Assembly (NCBI GenBank): GCA_963737265.1
Contig: CAVTRY010000022.1
Coordinates: forward strand, 320,001-384,000
Reading direction: 5' to 3'
Length of the DNA: 64,000 nt
DNA from: an uncultured delta proteobacterium
GTDB lineage: Bacteria; Myxococcota_A; Polyangia; Fen-1088
This document shows, piece after piece, positions 58,585 to 64,000 of this stretch; positions within the stretch are counted from its first letter, which is position 1, and every line of letters begins with the position of its first letter. Both the position numbers and the translations under genes were made by a program. The notes under the pieces were generated by a model that did no database searches, was not told the DNA's origin, and worked only from the letters and a program-made list of their open reading frames with translations.

Positions 58585-58803
58585 ATGAAAGACAACAGTA
58601 GTAAAACCAGGTTCTGGACAGCGCTAGTGACGGTCAACTCATTGACCTTGCTCTTCCCCCTTGCTTTCTTAATTATTGTCTTACTTCAGCCAGATGACGA
58701 CCCATTGCGGCTTCTCGCAGTCCTTGCGACTTATGGGACTGTATTCCTGCTTTTCATTGCGGACACCCTCAGTATTTGTCTCCGGTATTTTATGGACAGT
58801 TGA
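58585..58803 (+). CDS. Small two-TM membrane protein
   Basis: 72 aa with two hydrophobic helices; AAGGTG RBS-like sequence upstream. Confidence 0.5.
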   Translation: MKDNSSKTRFWTALVTVNSLTLLFPLAFLIIVLLQPDDDPLRLLAVLATYGTVFLLFIADTLSICLRYFMDS

Positions 58804-58939
58804 TCCGGCCGCACGATTCACCCTGCGTTTGTCTTAACTGAGATTGGTGAAGTTGACCGAAGCACAACCCTACGACTCGAGCCAATCAGGCAGGGCTAAT
58901 GGCCAGTCGCGCTATAGGTTTAGGAAAGGACTTCTAGTT

Positions 58940-59461
58940 GTGAAATTTGCAAAGGCAACAGTACTTCCCCTTCTGTTTTTACTCGGGAGCATCGTTTCGC
59001 TGAGCCAGACCCAATCGGCGCCGTCCGCGGCGGAGGCGGTGCACGTCACAGGCTTGACAGGCATCAAGGAAAACACCAAAGGTACCCTGACAGTCGAGAA
59101 TGGCACGCTCACCTTCGCTACCTCAAAGAGTAGTTGCGATGTTTCTGCGGCTTCCATACAAGATGTTGTCACTGGGAATGACAGTCAGCGTGTCATCAGA
59201 GGAACTGTAGGCACGCTGACTATGCTCGCCCCGTACGGAGGTGGGCGGGCAATCAGTCTCTTACGTACCAAGATCGACACCCTTACGATTCAGTATCGGG
59301 ATTCAAATGGCGGCCTTCACGGGGCCGTCTTTACCATGCCGGTTGGCAAGGCTGAATTGATCAAAGAGTCGCTGCTCGCGCAGGGTGCTCATACCAGCAT
59401 CCCGTCGAAACAAGACTCGACAGCGGATCCGACTCAGCAATCTGCGGCAAAGGAGCAATAA
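58940..59461 (+). CDS. Secreted hypothetical protein
   Basis: AGGAAAGGA RBS + GTG 58940; signal peptide. Confidence 0.6.
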   Translation: MKFAKATVLPLLFLLGSIVSLSQTQSAPSAAEAVHVTGLTGIKENTKGTLTVENGTLTFATSKSSCDVSAASIQDVVTGNDSQRVIRGTVGTLTMLAPYGGGRAISLLRTKIDTLTIQYRDSNGGLHGAVFTMPVGKAELIKESLLAQGAHTSIPSKQDSTADPTQQSAAKEQ

Positions 59462-59463
59462 CG

Positions 59464-60002
59464 TTGAAAACCATCAAGACTGCTACTCTTCTTTGGACAC
59501 TCATGGCCGGATTAAGTGCGGCGCCGCTGTTGTGCGCGCAAGCCGATCCAGCAGCCAAATCGCCGTCATCTGCGATCGAAGTTGAGATGATCCAGCCCGG
59601 GGAGATCAACCTTCCTGCCGAATTCCAGGTCGCACTCTACGAGAACCTGGTCCAGCAGCTGCAGAAAGAAGGCGGCTTCTCCCAGGTCTATCGTGACGGT
59701 GACCGGAATGCCACCGATGCCTCGGTCTCGTTATTCTTCACACCGAGGTTATAGGCTTCAAGAAAGGCAGTGAACTTGAGCGTAACGTCACAACGGTTGG
59801 CGGGGCCACCTCCATTACGGTTCATTGTAAGTTCACGGATAAAGAGGGGAAGGTGCTGCTGGAGCGCGACATTGACGGCAAAGTGCGGTTCTTCGGCGAC
59901 AACCTGAAAGCCACGAGTGACTTCGCAAAAAAGGTCGCGAAAGTTGCAAGTGAGCGCTTTCCTTCTGATCACAACAAGAGTGTTGCGGTGGTGGGGTACT
60001 GA
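59464..60002 (+). pseudogene. Secreted hypothetical protein (DUF4410-like), frameshifted near 59725
   Basis: Signal peptide...VYRDGDRNA then LVILHTEVIGFKKGSELERNVTTVGGATSITV...VRFFGDNLKAT...GY* in the next frame. Confidence 0.5.
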
Positions 60003-60532
60003 CGTGTGGGCGAGCGAGTCTGCCTGCCTCACCAAAGTTGCGAAGGGCATCCAACTTAATGTGCCAGACACGGACTCCGCAGCCAACCAGTTCGGCGCGC
60101 CACAAAGCGCAGAAACCCCGCGGCATATTTCCGTTGTTGTTGGCCCGTGTTGCTCCTCGCGACGTGCTATTTGGTAAAGGCGCCGATGGGCCAGATCCAT
60201 GATCTGCGCCGCAGTCGACATCTCCTGAATTAGCCCAAGCATCGAGGGATTCTGCCGGATGTCGATCTGACTATGTTCAAGCCGCTTCAGAGTCCCCACA
60301 GACAACGTAATGGCCCAATAGTTGCCGCTGACTTGGCTTTGCGCTGACGCGGAATACGGATATCAACCTCGGACGGATTTGCCGGGCGCCGAGTCAATTA
60401 TGCAACTTTACCCCGTGACGACAACTGCCCGGATTCCGTCAGCGCCCTTCGTCCGCCACATCCTACCTACGTTGCGGGTGCGCATGTAACTGAAAACAGG
60501 TCCCGTTGCCTGCATTTTAACGTGCCTATTCG

Positions 60533-60548
60533 TGGCACTCGAATTGCG
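60533..60548 (+). promoter_or_regulatory. sigma54 -24/-12 promoter upstream of xfp
   Basis: TGGCACT-cgaa-TTGCG (GG-N10-GC). Confidence 0.6.
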
Positions 60549-60798
60549 ATATGAATGTCCGATATTCGATTCGCTCCACCAGGGGGTGCTGACTTGCTCG
60601 GAGAACTGATAAACATTCCGACTGACACGCTCATCCACATGCTCTTTGTAATCCTCGCGGGCGAGGTCATTCTCACGGCGAAAGATGTAGCGGAAATTGT
60701 GGAGATTCAGTGTGAGTTGCAAAGAAGAGACGAGGGGAGCCACTGGAACTGGCGCGCTGTTAACTAAGACGCACCGAACAGCGAAGGAAGGACTGAAA

Positions 60799-63255
60799 AT
60801 GACATTACTCGCAGATACGCAAGACTTGGCAGAGCCATTGAGGCCCGAGGGTACAGCGCGGTCTACTGTCCCGGGAGCGCCGCTAAGTGTCGATGAACTG
60901 AACAGGCTCGACGCCTTTTGGCGTGCGTGCAAGTACCTGGCTCTAGGAATGATCTATCTTCAGGCAAACCCACTGTTACGGGAATCCCTGAAACCAAAGC
61001 ACATTAAGAGTCGGCTCTTGGGCCATTGGGGCGCCAGCCCCGGTCTGGCCTTTATCTACATCCATCTGAGTCGCCTTATAAAAAAACATGACCTTGAGAT
61101 GATGTTTCTCGCGGGGCCGGGCCACGGCGCGCCAGGCGTTTTGGCACCTGTGTATCTAGAGGGCACGTACACTGAGATCTACCCAGAAAAAACCCAGGAC
61201 GAAAAAGGCCTCCAGGAATTCTTCAAGCAATTCTCATTCCCGGGAGGAATCGGAAGTCACTGCACCCCGGAAACCCCAGGCTCGATTCACGAAGGAGGCG
61301 AACTGGGCTATGTCCTCTCGCATGCCTGTGGAGCTGCTTTCGACAATCCTGACCTGATCGTCGCAGCTGTAGTGGGTGACGGTGAAGCTGAAACTGGCCC
61401 ATTGGCGACCTCCTGGCACATTAGCAAGTTTCTAAATCCAATCCGCGATGGGGCTGTCCTACCTATACTTCACCTTAACGGCTACAAGATCAACAACCCG
61501 ACTCTGCTGGCAAGAATTACCCACGAAGAGTTGGAAAGCTTGTTACGCGGATACGGCTGGAATCCGTACTTTGTGGAAGGATCCGAACCTGACAGCATGC
61601 ATCAGGCAATGGCCGCGACACTTCAGCGATGCACGGCCGAGATCAAGTCACATCAGGAAGAATGCCGCAAGAGTGGGACCGCGATCCGGCCACGCTGGCC
61701 CATGGTGGTGTTGCGATCGCCAAAGGGATGGGGTGCGCCGACGGAGGTGGACGGACATCGGATTGAAGGCTCTTGGCGCTCACACCAGGTTCCGGTGACA
61801 GACGTCAAGAGCAACCCCGAACATCTGCGCATTCTGGAGGACTGGATGCGGTCATTCAAGCCCGAGGAACTCTTCGACGAGAACGGAAGGCTGCGACCGG
61901 AGCTCGCCGAAATTGCACCATCCGGCTCGCGCCGCATGAGCGCCAGTCCTCACGCGAATGGAGAGCTCAGAGAAAAACTACTGTTGCCCGACTTTCGTGA
62001 CTACGCCGTTAGAATCGAGAGCCCAGGGAGTCTGGAAGTCGAAAATGTGCCACCGCTGGGTACCTTCCTGCGGGACGTCATGAAATCGAACATGAGCAGT
62101 TTTCGGGTGTTTGCGCCTGATGAGAACACTTCCAACAAGCTGGATGCGGTCTATCAGGCTTCGAAGAAATTTTGGATTGCGGGAACTCTGCCCGAGGACA
62201 GTGATGGCACCGAACTGGCCTCCGACGGACGCGTTATTGAAATGCTTAGCGAGCACACTATGGAGGGCATGCTCGAGGGCTATTTGCTGACCGGTCGTAA
62301 CGGCTTTCTCTCATCCTATGAAGCCTTTGTTCATGTAATCGACTCGATGTTTAATCAGCACGCGAAATGGTTATCCATCTGCAATCAGTTATCTTGGCGC
62401 CGAAAGATCGCGTCTCTCAATCTTCTTATTACCTCAACGGTGTGGCGTCAGGATCACAATGGCTTCACGCACCAGGACCCCGGGTTCCTCGACGTAGTAC
62501 TCAACAAGAGTGCGGCAGTTACCCGTATCTACCTACCGCCGGATGCGAATTGTTTACTGTCCGTAGCAGACCACTGCCTGCGATCTGAAAACTACGTCAA
62601 TGTTATTGTCTCCGACAAGCAGCGGCATCTGCAATATCTGAATATTGACGCTGCCATTACTCACTGCACAAAAGGCATAGGCATCTGGAAGTGGGCCAGC
62701 AATGATGCAGATCAGGATCCTGACGTTGTCATTGCTGCAGCGGGCGACATTCCTACACAAGAAGCGCTGGCCGCCACAGTACTGCTCAGAGAACGGTTCC
62801 CCGACCTCAAGATCCGCTTTGTCAACGTCGTCGACTTGTTCAAACTACAACCGAACACTGAACATCCGCATGGCCTGACGGATGCAGACTTTGACTCTCT
62901 CTTCACCACCGACAAGCCGATCATCTTTAACTTCCATGGCTACCCCTGGCTGATTCACCGCCTCGCTTACCGTCGCACAAATCATCGGAACCTGCATGTG
63001 CGCGGCTACAAAGAGAAGGGAAACATTAATACCCCCATGGAGCTGGCGATTAACAATCAAACAGACCGCTTCAGTCTCGCCATCGACGCCATTGACCGCG
63101 TGGGAAAACTGCAGCGGGTAGGAGCGCATGCTAAAGAGGAATTTCGCGATTGCCAGCTTGCGTGCAGGCGCCACGCTTACGAGTACGGAGTCGACAGCCC
63201 CGAGATTGGCGGTTGGAAGTGGCCTTCGGACAAGGATGAAGTGATGGGCTCGTAG
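60799..63255 (+). CDS. xfp: Xylulose-5-phosphate/fructose-6-phosphate phosphoketolase
   Basis: [64 protein letters not shown]; AGGAAGGA RBS + ATG 60799. Confidence 0.97.
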   Translation: MTLLADTQDLAEPLRPEGTARSTVPGAPLSVDELNRLDAFWRACKYLALGMIYLQANPLLRESLKPKHIKSRLLGHWGASPGLAFIYIHLSRLIKKHDLEMMFLAGPGHGAPGVLAPVYLEGTYTEIYPEKTQDEKGLQEFFKQFSFPGGIGSHCTPETPGSIHEGGELGYVLSHACGAAFDNPDLIVAAVVGDGEAETGPLATSWHISKFLNPIRDGAVLPILHLNGYKINNPTLLARITHEELESLLRGYGWNPYFVEGSEPDSMHQAMAATLQRCTAEIKSHQEECRKSGTAIRPRWPMVVLRSPKGWGAPTEVDGHRIEGSWRSHQVPVTDVKSNPEHLRILEDWMRSFKPEELFDENGRLRPELAEIAPSGSRRMSASPHANGELREKLLLPDFRDYAVRIESPGSLEVENVPPLGTFLRDVMKSNMSSFRVFAPDENTSNKLDAVYQASKKFWIAGTLPEDSDGTELASDGRVIEMLSEHTMEGMLEGYLLTGRNGFLSSYEAFVHVIDSMFNQHAKWLSICNQLSWRRKIASLNLLITSTVWRQDHNGFTHQDPGFLDVVLNKSAAVTRIYLPPDANCLLSVADHCLRSENYVNVIVSDKQRHLQYLNIDAAITHCTKGIGIWKWASNDADQDPDVVIAAAGDIPTQEALAATVLLRERFPDLKIRFVNVVDLFKLQPNTEHPHGLTDADFDSLFTTDKPIIFNFHGYPWLIHRLAYRRTNHRNLHVRGYKEKGNINTPMELAINNQTDRFSLAIDAIDRVGKLQRVGAHAKEEFRDCQLACRRHAYEYGVDSPEIGGWKWPSDKDEVMGS

Positions 63256-63457
63256 CGCTGGCCGGAGCAGCCAGCAATATTCCACTAGCCGCCCGAATAA
63301 GCGAGCAGGACACTTATCAGTCTGCACTCTGCCCGTCGCCTTTGGCCTGCCCATCCACCTGCCCACATTCCGGCGTTTCCGAGTTTCGCGCGCGGCTGTC
63401 TACTGGTCCGCATTGCCAAACCACTATCTTTTCTATGGCTTAGTGCGGGTTCGTGGT

Positions 63458-63473
63458 TGGCATAGCGCCTGCA
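63458..63473 (+). promoter_or_regulatory. sigma54 -24/-12 promoter
   Basis: TGGCATA-gcgc-CTGCA; IHF-like TTTCTATGGCTTA at 63430-63442. Confidence 0.6.
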
Positions 63474-63501
63474 TATTACTTTGTTGGTGAACGGAGGAAC
63501 G

Positions 63502-63720
63502 ATGCTAATCGCAGAAATACGATTTTCCGCGAAGGCTTTGATCGTCAAGCCGGGAGGCGGATCTATCAGCGATGATGCGAAGTGCGTTCGGATGCTAACG
63601 GAGGTCACCTTCGAGGACTCTGTGGCGAAGCGACCTGGTCGTCTTTCAGCAGACTCGGAGCGAAGATCCTTGCCGAGGAGGCCTACATATTGAATGTGTA
63701 CAAGCGGCTTGATCGTAGGG
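63502..63720 (+). pseudogene. Degenerate STAS-like small protein
   Basis: GGAGG RBS + MLIAEIRFSAKALIVK...LTEVTFEDSV, then GEATWSSFSRLGAKILAEE in a shifted frame. Confidence 0.4.
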
Positions 63721-63779
63721 ACGGCCTGCCCGGGAGCCTCGTTTCTGCATGAACGATATCGTCCAATTCGTTTTGAAGC

Positions 63780-63869
63780 ATGGCTAAGTTCTCCAGCGAC
63801 CGCACCATCGCCGAGTACGCAGCCCATATCGGGAACGTGCAACCATGTCCAGTGCCCGAGAAGGCTTAA
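63780..63869 (+). pseudogene. Glycogen/maltodextrin phosphorylase C-terminal remnant
   Basis: MAKFSSDRTIAEYAAHIGNVQPCPVP matches the conserved GlgP tail (G)KFSSDRTIxEYAxxIW; the rest of the gene is absent. Confidence 0.7.
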
Positions 63870-64000
63870 TCGGCCGCCCGCTTCAGCCTCGCGGCCTGCG
63901 ATGGCCTCGGCTGGTGATCAGGTTTTGTTTTTAAATGCGGCGTGAGGAGCAAAGGTCGACGAATGACGGAGCGAGTTGTCCCTACCTGGCCGCGCCATTT

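Noticed and set aside
59688-60480. Minus-strand ORF(s) between the DUF4410-like gene and xfp
   Set aside because: They overlap the plus-strand gene and have no recognisable motif or RBS, so I cannot support a call.

Overview
The window has two compositionally different parts. Bases 1 to about 50,580 are high-GC (by eye mid/upper 60s %) and look myxobacterial (Myxococcota, inferred from a TIGR02266-type PilZ protein, a myxosortase-like CPBP protease and DUF4388-type Ser/Thr kinase). They carry housekeeping and envelope genes (plsY, ppnP, bioB, sspB-like, a PP2C/kinase pair, RluA, a frameshifted MltD-like gene, tatA, LolC/E, ccmE, several GT-C glycosyltransferases) and a decayed accessory patch (about 31.1-37.3 kb) that contains a tRNA 3'-end att-like remnant. 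The standout locus (14.5-23.9 kb) is a hydrogen metabolism and sensing module. It comprises rex with two Rex-type operators, a receiver protein, a trimeric group-A3 [FeFe]-hydrogenase (hydC-hydB-hydA, with bifurcating-type signatures), a sensory-type [FeFe]-hydrogenase domain fused directly to a histidine kinase, a second receiver and a hybrid kinase. This suggests NADH sensing and H2 sensing converge on one operon in a myxobacterium. At about 50,580 the sequence switches abruptly, inside a 5'-truncated DUF4136 gene, to lower-GC (mid 50s %) Acidobacteria-like DNA (SulP, ppk2, phosphoketolase, secreted hypotheticals, REP-like palindromes). That segment has six sigma54-type promoters, most with an IHF-like site at fixed spacing. 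The junction may be a chimeric assembly join or a recent transfer. Many single-base frameshifts suggest residual sequencing error. All family assignments come from motif recognition by eye, not database searches.
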